Shown piece by piece: positions 1 through 10,245 of a stretch of DNA of 64,000 nt. The notes below the pieces were generated by a model, which was not told where the DNA came from, searched no databases, and saw only the letters and a program-made list of their open reading frames with translations. The stretch comes from an uncultured Pelagibacteraceae bacterium (lineage in GTDB: Bacteria > Pseudomonadota > Alphaproteobacteria > Pelagibacterales > Pelagibacteraceae), in NCBI GenBank assembly GCA_902597895.1, contig CACJZM010000001.1:191837-255836 (forward strand), given 5' to 3'. The first letter of the stretch is position 1, and each line of letters begins with the position of its first letter. The translations under genes and the position numbers were made by a program.

Positions 1-653
1 TCCTCAGGTCTTTCATCAATTAAAAGAACCATTAAATAACATTCTGGATGATTGGCAGTTATAGAATTTGCAATACTTTGCAGTATCATTGTCTTACCAG
101 CTTTTGGAGGTGATATTATTAAAGATCTTTGACCTTTTCCAATAGGGCTAACTAAATCTATCAGCCTAGGAGTTAAATCAGGTTTTTTTTCAATTTTGTT
201 ACTTTCTACTTCTAAAGTAATTTGTTTATTAGGATAAAGTGGTGTTAAGTTGTCAAATGCGATTTTATGTTTTGATTTTTCTGGCTCTTCAAAATTAATC
301 TTATTTACTTGTAACAATGCAAAATATCTCTCACTTTCTTTAGGGGCTCTAATAGGGCCCTCAATAGTATCACCAGTTCTTAAACCAAATTTTCTTATCT
401 GATTAGGGCTTATATAAATATCATCTGCTCCGGGAAGATAATTTGACTCTATTGCTCTCAAGAAACCAAACCCGTCCTGCAACAACTGCAAAACTCCACC
501 TGCTGTAATTTCCTCTCCTTTTTCAGCTAATTTCTTTAAGATTGCAAAATATATTTCTTGTCTTCTTAAGGTACTTGCATTTTCAATACCTAATTTTTCA
601 GCTTCCTCAATTAGCTGTTCAGAACTTTTTTGTTTTAATTCTTGGATATTCAT
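1..653 (-). CDS. rho: Transcription termination factor Rho (5' part; runs off window start)
   Basis: Manual translation from ATG at 653: [40 protein letters not shown]...LQDGFGFLR...[19 protein letters not shown]...[19 protein letters not shown] (Walker A). Confidence 0.97.
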   Translation of the reverse strand, partial: MNIQELKQKSSEQLIEEAEKLGIENASTLRRQEIYFAILKKLAEKGEEITAGGVLQLLQDGFGFLRAIESNYLPGADDIYISPNQIRKFGLRTGDTIEGPIRAPKESERYFALLQVNKINFEEPEKSKHKIAFDNLTPLYPNKQITLEVESNKIEKKPDLTPRLIDLVSPIGKGQRSLIISPPKAGKTMILQSIANSITANHPECYLMVLLIDERPE

Positions 654-711
654 TTTTGGGGGGTTTCTGTTAGATGATGTTAATATATATTTCTTTTAAT
701 AAATTTCAACC

Positions 712-1146
712 CTAGATTGGCTTAAAAATAACAATAAATACTGTAATTATTAGTAAAATAGTAGGTATTTCGTTAATGATTCTGAAAAATCTAGAGCTTC
801 TTTTGAAAATATTGTTCTTTAAATCATTAAGACAAATTCCTAGATAAAAATGATAAAAAGTTAGAATCGTTACAAGTAAGATTTTTATTTGCATCCACAA
901 GAACGAGAGGCTTGAAAAACCTATTATGGAAATCAATATTAAACCAAATAACCAAGATAAAGCCATTGCAGGAAACATGATATAATAAAATAATTTTCTT
1001 TCCATTGTTTTAAAAATATCAGTAGTTTCATTTTTGTTTTGATTTTCTGTGTGATAGACAAATATTCTAGGCAAATAAAGAAGCCCAGCCATCCAAGATA
1101 TAACAACTATTAGATGTAAGGCTTTAAATAATAAATAAGAATTCAT
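712..1146 (-). CDS. hemJ: Protoporphyrinogen oxidase HemJ
   Basis: KALHLIVVISWMAGLLYLPRIFVYH and FRIINEIPT motifs; downstream of hemH. Confidence 0.95.
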   Translation of the reverse strand: MNSYLLFKALHLIVVISWMAGLLYLPRIFVYHTENQNKNETTDIFKTMERKLFYYIMFPAMALSWLFGLILISIIGFSSLSFLWMQIKILLVTILTFYHFYLGICLNDLKNNIFKRSSRFFRIINEIPTILLIITVFIVIFKPI

Positions 1147-2141
1147 TAAAGATTTTTTCTAGTAATTAAATATTTTAAGAGTTTGATATGATCATCACTA
1201 TCATTAAGACAGGGCACCATCTCAAAATTTAATCCACCTGATTTTAAAAAAGAATCTTTTGCTTGAATAGATATTTCTTCCAGCGTTTCTACGCAATCAG
1301 ATGAAAACCCTGGACTTATAACTAAAATATTCTTTTTTCCTTCCTCAGGCAATTTTTCAATTGTTTTATCAGTGTAAGGTTGCAACCATTCCTGTGGTCC
1401 AAATCTAGATTGAAAAGTAGTTTTTATTGGTATTTCTTTGAATTTTTCAGATAACAATCTAGTAGTTTTATGACAATAGCAATGATAGGGATCTCCTTTA
1501 TCAAAATATTTCTTTGGAATACCGTGATAAGATGCAATTACCAGGTCGGGTTTCCAACTAATTTCATTTATTTTTTTTCTTAAACTATTAATCAAAGCAT
1601 CAATATAAAGCGGTTCTGATTCATAATGAGGTATAATTTGTAAGTTAGGTTGCCACCTCATCTTCATTAAAGTTCTATAAACTTCGTCACATACTGTTGC
1701 TGTAGTGGCCGCTGCATATTGAGGATATAAAGGTAAAACAATTAGATTTTCACATCCATTCTCTTTGAGGCTATGAATTTTAGACTTAATGCTAGGATTT
1801 CCATAACGCATAGCATAATCAACTAGTAAATTTTTATTTCCTATCTCTTTGGTAAGTTTGTCTGCCTGTTTTAATGTATAATATCTTAAAGGGGACATGT
1901 TTTCATCTTTCATCCAAATCTCTTTATAAGCTTTTGCTGTTTTAGAAGGCCTTAAATTTAAAATAAATAAATTAAGAATAATCTGCCATAATATTGGATT
2001 TACCTCAATAACTCGTCTATCAGATAAAAATTCTTTTAAATATTTTCTTATGTCAAACCAACTTGTTGAGTCCGGTGTACCAAGATTGACAATTAAAACT
2101 CCTGTTTTACCAAATTGTACTTTTGGATGGTCTTCAATCAT
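1146..2141 (-). CDS. hemH: Ferrochelatase
   Basis: NLGTP, RYGNPSI, PLYPQY, SYHGIP, FQSRFG..WLQPYT, DCVETLEEI motifs. Confidence 0.97.
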   Translation of the reverse strand: MIEDHPKVQFGKTGVLIVNLGTPDSTSWFDIRKYLKEFLSDRRVIEVNPILWQIILNLFILNLRPSKTAKAYKEIWMKDENMSPLRYYTLKQADKLTKEIGNKNLLVDYAMRYGNPSIKSKIHSLKENGCENLIVLPLYPQYAAATTATVCDEVYRTLMKMRWQPNLQIIPHYESEPLYIDALINSLRKKINEISWKPDLVIASYHGIPKKYFDKGDPYHCYCHKTTRLLSEKFKEIPIKTTFQSRFGPQEWLQPYTDKTIEKLPEEGKKNILVISPGFSSDCVETLEEISIQAKDSFLKSGGLNFEMVPCLNDSDDHIKLLKYLITRKNL

Positions 2142-3142
2142 TTAAAATCTTTTACAGTGTTAACTAAATATTTAACCATATCAGGGTTTGTTTCTGGCAA
2201 AACACCATGCCCTAAATTAAAAATATAGGGATGATCTTTAAAAATTTCCATATATTTAATTGCATTTTTTTTAACATTATCTTTGTCAGTCAAAAGTACT
2301 TTGGGGTCTAAACCACCTTGTACAGGAATTTCTATGTTTTTTTCAATTTCTTTAGGATCTACGCTGTAATCAATATTGACCACATCTGGCTTAACATTAT
2401 TAACAAACTTTTTGTAATCTTTTATTTCTCTAGGAAAACATATCACAGGTACGTTTAAAGATTTGATAAAATTTACTAGATCTAAAGTTGGTTTATATAT
2501 TAAGTAATCTAATTTTTTTTCTTCTACCAGACCTGCCCAACTATCAAAAATTTGAATAATTGTTGCGCCACTGTTGATTTGATTTTTTATATGTAATTTT
2601 AAAAATTTGACTATGATTGTAAGTAATTTTTCAATTAATATTTGATCATCAAAAAAATCTTTCTTTAGTTCTTTTTTTGGTGAAAGTTGATTTATCATAT
2701 AAACTAAAATTGTCCATGGTGCTCCAACGAAACCGAATAAATCTTTTTCTTGAAGCAAATTATCTCTAGAAGAAATGTTTATTAATTTATACACAGGATC
2801 TAATTTATTCGTAAATTGGTTTTCAGTTACTTTTAAAATATCATCAACATTTAATTTGTCTAATCTAGGTCCAAAATTCTTTTCAAATTTAACGTTTTGA
2901 CCCAAGCCATAAGGTAACATCAAGATGTCAGAAAATATAATTGCTGCATCTAAGTTAAATCTTTTTAGTGGTTGAAGTGTTATTTCGGAAGATAATCTTT
3001 CATCTAAACACAATTTAACAAAGTCAGGATTTTTAGATCTTATCTCTCTAAACTCAGGCAAATATCTTCCAGCCTGTCTCATTAACCAAATGGTATTAAT
3101 ATTTGTATCTTTGTTTTTTATACATTTTTGAATTGGACTCAT
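2138..3142 (-). CDS. hemE: Uroporphyrinogen decarboxylase
   Basis: WLMRQAGRYLPE, DAAIIFSDIL, FNLGHG motifs. Confidence 0.97.
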   Translation of the reverse strand: MSPIQKCIKNKDTNINTIWLMRQAGRYLPEFREIRSKNPDFVKLCLDERLSSEITLQPLKRFNLDAAIIFSDILMLPYGLGQNVKFEKNFGPRLDKLNVDDILKVTENQFTNKLDPVYKLINISSRDNLLQEKDLFGFVGAPWTILVYMINQLSPKKELKKDFFDDQILIEKLLTIIVKFLKLHIKNQINSGATIIQIFDSWAGLVEEKKLDYLIYKPTLDLVNFIKSLNVPVICFPREIKDYKKFVNNVKPDVVNIDYSVDPKEIEKNIEIPVQGGLDPKVLLTDKDNVKKNAIKYMEIFKDHPYIFNLGHGVLPETNPDMVKYLVNTVKDFK

Positions 3143-3425
3143 AATTAATAGTAATAGTAATTATATTATTAGATTTATATCTTGTTAATTATCTTTATTT
3201 ATTACTATTAACAGATTACTAACTAAATATTCACATTTTTAAGATATAATTAATTAAAGTAAATGTGATATTTTTGATAAATATTAGTAATTATAGGAAT
3301 TTCTGTATAAAAATATTAACCATGTTTAATTATGTTAATAATTCAGTTTTTATACTTAAAAAACATTAAAAACTACATTTTTAGAAATAACTATATATTA
3401 TTACAATATTATAAACATTTTATAC
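3143..3425. other. Probable chromosomal replication origin (oriC)
   Basis: Largest intergenic gap in the window, extremely AT-rich, between hemE and the DUF299 gene (known oriC position in Caulobacter and Rickettsia); TAATAGTAATAGTAA trio-like run at 3146-3160; four 1-mismatch DnaA boxes; flanking operons diverge. Confidence 0.75.
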
Positions 3426-4250
3426 ATGAGTTCTAAACATCATATTTATTTAATTTCTGACTCTACAGGAGAAACAATAGATAGAATTTTTCTCGCAATA
3501 AAAGCGCAATTTCAAGATTTTCAATATGTGGATCATCAATACTCATTCACTAGAACTGAAAATCAAATTAAAAAAATTTTAGAATTAGCAGAAAAACAAC
3601 AACATCCAATAATTCTATATACTATAGTGGACAGTGAGTTAGCAAACTTTTTAGAATATAATTCTAAAAAATTAAATATACCATGCTTTGGTGTTTTAGG
3701 AAAACTTATAGAAAATTTTTCACAAATTATAAAAAGAACGGCAACTCATATTCCAAGTGCTCAGTATACATTGAATGATGAATATTATAAGAAAGTTGAA
3801 GCAATACAATTTACAATGGATCATGATGACGGAAACTCTTTAGATGATATTGAAAAATCCGATATAATATTGCTTGGGGTTAGTAGAACTAGCAAAACCC
3901 CAACCGCAATATATTTAGCGAACCGAGGGTTTAAAACTACAAACATTCCTTTGGTTAATGAAAAATCTATTCCTAATTTTCTTAAAAAAAACCCAGATAA
4001 AAGGTGTGTTATTGGTTTAACATTAGAACCTAGAAGATTAGCGGAACTAAGAAAAAATAGGATGAATTCTTTGAAAGAAAACCATAGCATAGACTACACA
4101 AACCAACAAAAAGTAGAACTTGAAATTCAAAATGCAAAAAAAACATTTAAAAAATATCAATGGCCTGTAGTTGATGTCACGAGGAAGTCAGTAGAAGAAA
4201 CTGCAGCTTCAATAATCAAAATTTATGAAATTAAAAGAGAAAATAGATAA
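3426..4250 (+). CDS. Pyruvate phosphate/water dikinase regulatory kinase-pyrophosphorylase (DUF299)
   Basis: ISDSTGET, HDDG, GVSRTSKTP, DVTRKSVEETA motifs. Confidence 0.93.
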   Translation: MSSKHHIYLISDSTGETIDRIFLAIKAQFQDFQYVDHQYSFTRTENQIKKILELAEKQQHPIILYTIVDSELANFLEYNSKKLNIPCFGVLGKLIENFSQIIKRTATHIPSAQYTLNDEYYKKVEAIQFTMDHDDGNSLDDIEKSDIILLGVSRTSKTPTAIYLANRGFKTTNIPLVNEKSIPNFLKKNPDKRCVIGLTLEPRRLAELRKNRMNSLKENHSIDYTNQQKVELEIQNAKKTFKKYQWPVVDVTRKSVEETAASIIKIYEIKRENR

Positions 4251-4830
4251 GATAATTTTAGCCTCACAGAGCGTAGTGAGACAAAAAATTCTACTTGATC
4301 ACAACATTAATTGTGATGTGGTTCCATCCAAGTTAGATGAGGAGCCAATTAAAGAAAAATTAATAATTAATAATATTGATCCAGATGAAATATCTCAAAA
4401 TTTAGCCTCTCTGAAAGCGAAAAAAGTGAGCAATAAGTTTTTTGATAGATTGGTTTTGGGCGCAGATAGTGTAATTAATCTTAATGGTGAATTGATATCT
4501 AAACCAACCAATAGAAAACAAGCTATGGAAATTCTAAAGAAATTAAATGGAAAAATACATCATTTAATTAGTTCGGTTAGTATATTTAAAAATGGAAAAG
4601 AAGTTTGGAAATATACAGATAAAGCCTCATTAACTATGAAAAATTTCACCAATGATCAATTAGAAAAATATTTATCAAAAATAAGCGATAGAGATTTATA
4701 TGCTTACAATGTTTATCAAATAGAAGGAGAGGGGAGACAGCTTTTTCAAAAGATTGAAGGGGATGAAAACACTGTGATGGGGCTGCCGGTAAGTAAAATT
4801 AAGGAATATATAAATAGTTTAAAATGTTAA
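4225..4830 (+). CDS. maf: Maf family nucleoside triphosphate pyrophosphatase
   Basis: ILASQS..R, LGADSV, SKP, YQIEG, VMGLP motifs; DUF299-maf-aroE synteny. Confidence 0.92.
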   Translation: MKLKEKIDKIILASQSVVRQKILLDHNINCDVVPSKLDEEPIKEKLIINNIDPDEISQNLASLKAKKVSNKFFDRLVLGADSVINLNGELISKPTNRKQAMEILKKLNGKIHHLISSVSIFKNGKEVWKYTDKASLTMKNFTNDQLEKYLSKISDRDLYAYNVYQIEGEGRQLFQKIEGDENTVMGLPVSKIKEYINSLKC

Positions 4831-4973
4831 TTCTTGTTTGGTTTATAGTTTGTATCATATTTGCTTTTGTGCAGTATATCTTACCAAATTCTGGTCATTC
4901 CTTAGAACTATTTGCCTTATTATCTGCAATTGCCTTGTTTATATTAAATAGATTAACTAGAAAAACCAAATAA
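4824..4973 (+). CDS. Small two-helix membrane protein, 49 aa (not in ORF track)
   Basis: MLILVWFIVCIIFAFVQYILPNSGHSLELFALLSAIALFILNRLTRKTK; ATG overlaps the maf 3' end, stop is 4 nt before the aroE ATG. Confidence 0.65.
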   Translation: MLILVWFIVCIIFAFVQYILPNSGHSLELFALLSAIALFILNRLTRKTK

Positions 4974-4977
4974 TAAA

Positions 4978-5775
4978 ATGAAAAAATTTATAGTAATCGG
5001 GAATCCAATTCAACATTCATTGTCCCCAAAACTTCATAACCACTGGTTAAAGAAAAATAAAATCGATGCAATTTATGAAAAAAAATTAGTAGATGATCAT
5101 AATATAAAAGAAATTATTACTGGAATAAAAGAAAATAAAATTCAAGGAATTAACATTACAGTACCCTTTAAAAAAAAAATTATAGAATTCGTTGATGAAT
5201 TAAGTGATGAAGCAAAAGAAACACAATCTGTGAATACAATTTATACAAACGATAAAAAATTGATCGGACATAACACTGATATCTCTGGATTTGAATTAAG
5301 TTTACGACATATCAAATATAATGTTAATGAAAAGAAAGTTTTTATACTTGGATCAGGCGGGGTAGTTTCTTCAATCGTTTTAGCTTTAAAAAGAATGAAG
5401 CCGTCGCAAATTATATTGAGTAATAGAACCCAATCAAAAGCTGAAAAAATTAAAGCAATGTTTAAAGGATTAGAAATAGTAAAATGGGGTGAAATTCCAG
5501 ATTTTGACCTAATTATTAACGCAACAAGTTTAGGTTTAAATGAAGATGATAATTTGGATTTAGATTATGAAAAGATAGGAAAAAACAAACACTTTTATGA
5601 TGTAATTTACAATCCAAAAGAAACAAATTTTCTTAAAAAAGGAAAGCTTTATGGTCACTCGACTACTAACGGTAAAATGATGTTTATTTATCAAGCACAT
5701 CAATCATTTACCATATGGCATAAAATTATGCCTAAGATAGACGAAGATACAATAAAGCTTATAGAAAATGATTAA
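4978..5775 (+). CDS. aroE: Shikimate dehydrogenase
   Basis: GNPIQHSLSP, NITVPFK, NTD, INATSLG, DVIYNP. Confidence 0.96.
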   Translation: MKKFIVIGNPIQHSLSPKLHNHWLKKNKIDAIYEKKLVDDHNIKEIITGIKENKIQGINITVPFKKKIIEFVDELSDEAKETQSVNTIYTNDKKLIGHNTDISGFELSLRHIKYNVNEKKVFILGSGGVVSSIVLALKRMKPSQIILSNRTQSKAEKIKAMFKGLEIVKWGEIPDFDLIINATSLGLNEDDNLDLDYEKIGKNKHFYDVIYNPKETNFLKKGKLYGHSTTNGKMMFIYQAHQSFTIWHKIMPKIDEDTIKLIEND

Positions 5776-6355
5776 AATTGCGATCTTGGGAGATATTGGA
5801 GCTGGAAAAACTTTTGTTTCAAAACTATTTGGTTTTCCAGTTTTTAATGCTGATAAAGAAGTAAAAAAAATTTATAAGAGTAATAAAAAATGTTTTAATA
5901 AACTTAAAAAAAAATTTCCAAACAAACAAATTACCTATCCAATAAATAAAAAAGTTTTAATTGATATTATTATAGAAAAAAAACAAAATTTAAAAATTAT
6001 AAATGAAATTGTTCATCCAATTGTTAGAGGAAAAATGAAATCCTTTCTGAAAAAAAATAAAAATAAAAAAGCCATTGTTCTTGATATACCCTTATACTTA
6101 GAGAATAAGCTAAATAAAAAAAGAGATTATCTAATTTTTGTAAATGCTAAAACTGGAGATATAAATAAAAAAATAAGCAGAAGAAAGACTAGTAATAAGT
6201 TAATAAAATTATTAAAAAGGTTCCAAATGAGTAACAAAATTAAGAGGAAAAAAGCAGACTTTATAATTAACAACAACTTTAAAGAATTAAATGTTAAAAG
6301 AAATGTTAGGATTATTAAATCAAAAATATTGAAAAATGAAAGAAATTATACTTGA
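5768..6355 (+). CDS. coaE: Dephospho-CoA kinase
   Basis: GDIGAGKT Walker A, NAD, IVHP, DIPL; synteny. Confidence 0.92.
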   Translation: MIKIAILGDIGAGKTFVSKLFGFPVFNADKEVKKIYKSNKKCFNKLKKKFPNKQITYPINKKVLIDIIIEKKQNLKIINEIVHPIVRGKMKSFLKKNKNKKAIVLDIPLYLENKLNKKRDYLIFVNAKTGDINKKISRRKTSNKLIKLLKRFQMSNKIKRKKADFIINNNFKELNVKRNVRIIKSKILKNERNYT

Positions 6356-6998
6356 TACAGAGACAACCGGGTTATCAGTAAAAGAGGGACATAGAATAGT
6401 AGAAATTGGTTGTATTGAAATTGAAAATTATTTACCTACAAAAAAAATATTTCATTATTATTTAAATCCAGATAGAAAAGTTTCACAAAAAGCATTAGAA
6501 GTTCATGGTTATACAGATGAATTCCTTTCCGATAAAAAAAAATTTATAGACATAGTTGAAGAATTTTTAGATTTTATAAAAGAAAAAAGGATAATTATTC
6601 ATAACGCAGAGTTTGATATTGCACATTTAAATCACGAATTAGAAATAGCTGGCAAAAGCAAAATAGATATCAAAAATACTCTAGATACTTTAGAAGTAGC
6701 TAGAGATAAATTTCCAGGATCTGCTGCTAGTCTTGATGCTTTATGTAAAAAATTTAGAATTGATAATTCGAAAAGAGAAAAACATACAGCCCTAATAGAT
6801 TGTGAATTATTGTACAAAGTGTACATCAATCTATTCAATCAAAAAGAACCAAGTTTAGATTTCAGCAGTGAGAATGAAAAAGTATTAAAATTTGACAAAA
6901 CAAGAAGTATAGAATACTTCAAAGGCTTAGTGGTCCCATCTTCTGAAGAATTAAATGATCATAAAAATTTTATAAAAAATTCTCTAAAAAAAAAATAA
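6336..6998 (+). CDS. dnaQ: DNA polymerase III epsilon subunit
   Basis: DTETTG, HNAEFD, HTALID DEDDh exonuclease motifs. Confidence 0.96.
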   Translation: MKEIILDTETTGLSVKEGHRIVEIGCIEIENYLPTKKIFHYYLNPDRKVSQKALEVHGYTDEFLSDKKKFIDIVEEFLDFIKEKRIIIHNAEFDIAHLNHELEIAGKSKIDIKNTLDTLEVARDKFPGSAASLDALCKKFRIDNSKREKHTALIDCELLYKVYINLFNQKEPSLDFSSENEKVLKFDKTRSIEYFKGLVVPSSEELNDHKNFIKNSLKKK

Positions 6999-7001
6999 TT
7001 T

Positions 7002-7424
7002 TTAATTTTGTCTTGAATTATATAATTCATTGAAATCTATTTTTTTATTTGGCTTAGGCTCTGGATAACCTGAGTTAACTACCAATTTAAAAAATGTCTT
7101 TTCAATATCTGGATAAATTTTGTTTTGTAAGTCACAAAGAATAATTTTCTCAATTTCTTTTTTTTCCTTTAAGTCATCTTCGATTTTAATAACAGTAGCA
7201 AATATTATTTCAAAGTAGGATTTTTTTTCATTTTTATTTGGGTCAGATAAAGATAATTTAGTATTAACTTCTATAACTTTATCTTTTACTGCAATAGAAT
7301 TTATATCAATATTAAAATTATATTTAGATATATAATCCTTAACAAAGATATATGTTTCGATGTTTGGAGTTTCTGCTGAAACATCTTTTATAAATCTTGC
7401 TAGAATTTTGTATTTTTCAATCAT
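7002..7424 (-). CDS. secB: Protein export chaperone SecB
   Basis: FIKDVSAETP, IYP, GYP...IDFNELY; secB-fxsA synteny. Confidence 0.85.
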   Translation of the reverse strand: MIEKYKILARFIKDVSAETPNIETYIFVKDYISKYNFNIDINSIAVKDKVIEVNTKLSLSDPNKNEKKSYFEIIFATVIKIEDDLKEKKEIEKIILCDLQNKIYPDIEKTFFKLVVNSGYPEPKPNKKIDFNELYNSRQN

Positions 7425-7426
7425 TT

Positions 7427-7825
7427 TTATTTTTCATCTAAATCTTCATATTCACCGTCAATAAATTTATTTTTTTCTTTATACTTTGTAGAAACTTTTT
7501 TGAAAATCATTTTTCTTGTAATTGGGAATATAAGTAGTAACCCGATAGTGTCTGTCAAAAAACCTGGCAAAAGAAGTAGAAAAGCTCCGATTACTAAAGC
7601 TGCACCAGAAACTATCTCAAATAAAGGAATTTCGTTTTTAATTAATTGTCCCATCGCAGATCTTAGCGTGTTGAAACCCTCATATCTTACATAAATTACT
7701 CCTATAAAAGCAGTAGATAAAATTAGAAATATTGTTAAAACTGCACCAATCTTTGAACCTATTTCTATAAATAGATATATTTCAATAATTGGGACACCAA
7801 TTATAAAAAAAAGTAGTGAGTTCAT
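7427..7825 (-). CDS. fxsA: FxsA family membrane protein
   Basis: PIIEIYLFI, LLLLPGFLTD, C-terminal IDGEY. Confidence 0.92.
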   Translation of the reverse strand: MNSLLFFIIGVPIIEIYLFIEIGSKIGAVLTIFLILSTAFIGVIYVRYEGFNTLRSAMGQLIKNEIPLFEIVSGAALVIGAFLLLLPGFLTDTIGLLLIFPITRKMIFKKVSTKYKEKNKFIDGEYEDLDEK

Positions 7826-7847
7826 TTGTCTTAATCTAATTTGTCAG

Positions 7848-7876
7848 TTGAAATTACGCAACATAGTAAATATTAT
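7848..7876 (+). promoter_or_regulatory. Sigma70-like promoter of tim44 gene (leaderless geometry)
   Basis: TTGAAA-N17-TATTAT-N7-ATG(7884). Confidence 0.6.
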
Positions 7877-7883
7877 AATATAT

Positions 7884-8471
7884 ATGAGTTATAGTTTTGA
7901 ATACATAGATATTATATTATTAGCAATGATTGCTGGGTTTATTTTCCTTAGATTAAGAGGAATACTTGGCAAAAGAACAGGCCATGAAGAAAATATGGCA
8001 GCTAGCTTTGCTCATGAAAGTCCACCAAAAAAAACTACAAAAATTTTGAATAAAGATAATTTTGATGATGCTGCCAAAAAGGAATTTCTTAACGGTGCTA
8101 AGATTGCCTATGAAACTATCATAACAAGTTTTTCGTCCGGAAATTTAAAAGATATAAAATCTTTATTAAGTAAAAAAGTCTTAAATGAATTTAATGATGC
8201 ATTAAAAGAAAGAAAAGATCAGGGACTTACATCTGAAACAACATTTATAGGCATTAATTCTGCTGACATAAAAAATCATAATGAATCTAATAATATGCTT
8301 GAAGTCTCAGTCGATTTTGTAAGTGAAATTATTTCATGTGTTAAAGACAAAGACAAAAAAATTGTTTCTGGAAATCCTGAAAAAATTAAAAAAGTATATG
8401 ACACATGGAAATTCTCAAGAGATATAAGATCTCAAAGTCCAAATTGGTTTTTAGTTGACACACAAGGTTAA
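7884..8471 (+). CDS. Tim44/TimA family adaptor protein (start more likely ATG 7884 than TTG 7848)
   Basis: DIILLAMIAGFIFLRLRGILGKRTGHE N-terminus; DTWKFSRD...PNWFL C-terminus. Confidence 0.9.
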   Translation: MSYSFEYIDIILLAMIAGFIFLRLRGILGKRTGHEENMAASFAHESPPKKTTKILNKDNFDDAAKKEFLNGAKIAYETIITSFSSGNLKDIKSLLSKKVLNEFNDALKERKDQGLTSETTFIGINSADIKNHNESNNMLEVSVDFVSEIISCVKDKDKKIVSGNPEKIKKVYDTWKFSRDIRSQSPNWFLVDTQG

Positions 8472-8891
8472 TTGAAAAAAAAAATTTCAGATAAAGATAA
8501 AAAAGATTGGCAAGATTTTATAAATAAATCTGAAAAACTTGAAGATAAAGATAAAAAATCTAATTTAGAAACAAACAATATGGAAGAGAAAACATTAGAT
8601 CTCCACGGCTGCTCACTTGAAAAGGCAAATCATATTGCTGAAGAATTTATTAAAACTTGTTTTTCTAAGAAAATAAAAAAAATAACATTTATAACTGGTA
8701 AAGGCACTAGATCTAAAAATAAAGATAATCCTTATCAATCTGATACTTTAAGTATATTAAAATATTCTGTACCTGAATATATAAAATCTAAATCAGATTT
8801 AATGAAACTAATTCAATCCATTAACGATGACAGTATAAACAATTCTAATAAAGGAAGTTTCGAATTGTATTTAAAAAAGTTTAAAGAATAA
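8472..8891 (+). CDS. Smr/MutS2 domain endonuclease
   Basis: LDLHG, FITGKG motifs. Confidence 0.9.
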   Translation: MKKKISDKDKKDWQDFINKSEKLEDKDKKSNLETNNMEEKTLDLHGCSLEKANHIAEEFIKTCFSKKIKKITFITGKGTRSKNKDNPYQSDTLSILKYSVPEYIKSKSDLMKLIQSINDDSINNSNKGSFELYLKKFKE

Positions 8892-10245
8892 ACTTTGATA
8901 AATCTGTATCTTTAACTAATTCACCAAGATTTTTTTGGATATAATCAGAATTTATAGATATTTTTTCACCTGCTCTATCGGTTGCAGTGAAACTTATTTC
9001 GTCTAGTACTCTTTCGATTATAGTATGCAACCTTCTAGCTCCAATATTTTCTATTTTTGAGTTCACGTCTGATGCTATGTTTGCAATTGTATCTATTCCA
9101 TCTTCAGTAAATTCTAAATCAACATTTTCAGTTTTTAAAAGCGCTTTATATTGTTTTATTAAACTATTGTCTGGCTCTTTTAGAATTCTTTTAAAATCTT
9201 CACTATTTAGGGCATCAAGCTCTACTCTTATGGGTAATCTTCCTTGAAGCTCAGGTAATAAATCCGAAGGCTTTGCTAATTGAAATGCACCGGAGGCAAT
9301 AAATAAGATATGATCTGTTTTTATAGTGCCGTATTTTGTGCTTACAGAAGTTCCCTCAATCAATGGCAATAAGTCTCTTTGAACACCTTCTCTAGAAACA
9401 TCCCCACCCACTCTATCTGTTCTCGCTGAAATTTTATCAATTTCATCTAAGAAAACTATTCCATTATTTTCAGTTGAGTTTTTTGCAGCTTTAATAATTT
9501 TGTCTTGTTCAATTAGTTTATCTGACTCTTCATTTATTAAAATTTCATGAGATTCTTTAACTGACATTTTTTTCTTTTTAGCTTTACTTCCCATGGACTT
9601 ACCAAGCATATCTGAGATATTAATCATACCTACATTAGCTCCAGGCATACCAGGGATTTCAAATTGGGGCATTTGATTATTTTCACTTATAGCTATCTCA
9701 ATTTCATTATTATCTAAGTCTCCACTTCTTAATCTTTTTCTAAAACTTTCTCTTGTTGCAACAGTTGCTTTTTCCCCGACTAATGCGTCCAATACTCTTT
9801 CCTCGGCTAGTTTTTGAGCTTTTGCATGAACTTCTTTTCTTTTTTTAACTTTTTCCATTGAAATAGCAATTTCAAGCAAGTCTCTGATAATCTGCTCTAC
9901 ATCTCTTCCAACATAACCAACTTCAGTAAATCTAGTTGCTTCAACTTTTACAAATGGAGCCTCTGCCAATTTTGATAATCTTCTTGAAATTTCAGTCTTT
10001 CCAACTCCTGTAGGCCCCATCATTAATATATTTTTTGGAAGTACTTCATCTTTCATATCTCCTTCAAGTGCCTGTCTTCTCCATCTATTTCTTAAAGCTA
10101 TTGCAACTGCTCTTTTTGCATTTTTTTGACCTACAACAAATCTATCAAGTTCAGATACTATTTCTCTAGGCGACAAAGAATTTAAAATATTTTCATTATC
10201 TTTTTTGTCTTTAGGTACAAATGTTGTAACGTTTGATTTTTCCAT
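8881..10245 (-). CDS. hslU: ATP-dependent protease ATPase subunit HslU
   Basis: [41 protein letters not shown]. Confidence 0.98.
   Translation of the reverse strand: MEKSNVTTFVPKDKKDNENILNSLSPREIVSELDRFVVGQKNAKRAVAIALRNRWRRQALEGDMKDEVLPKNILMMGPTGVGKTEISRRLSKLAEAPFVKVEATRFTEVGYVGRDVEQIIRDLLEIAISMEKVKKRKEVHAKAQKLAEERVLDALVGEKATVATRESFRKRLRSGDLDNNEIEIAISENNQMPQFEIPGMPGANVGMINISDMLGKSMGSKAKKKKMSVKESHEILINEESDKLIEQDKIIKAAKNSTENNGIVFLDEIDKISARTDRVGGDVSREGVQRDLLPLIEGTSVSTKYGTIKTDHILFIASGAFQLAKPSDLLPELQGRLPIRVELDALNSEDFKRILKEPDNSLIKQYKALLKTENVDLEFTEDGIDTIANIASDVNSKIENIGARRLHTIIERVLDEISFTATDRAGEKISINSDYIQKNLGELVKDTDLSKFIL

Noticed and set aside
6981-7005. dnaQ ending in an A10 run (…LKKK*), possible truncation
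   Set aside because: One fewer A changes only the last few residues (…LKKNNF*); likely trivial or a homopolymer error
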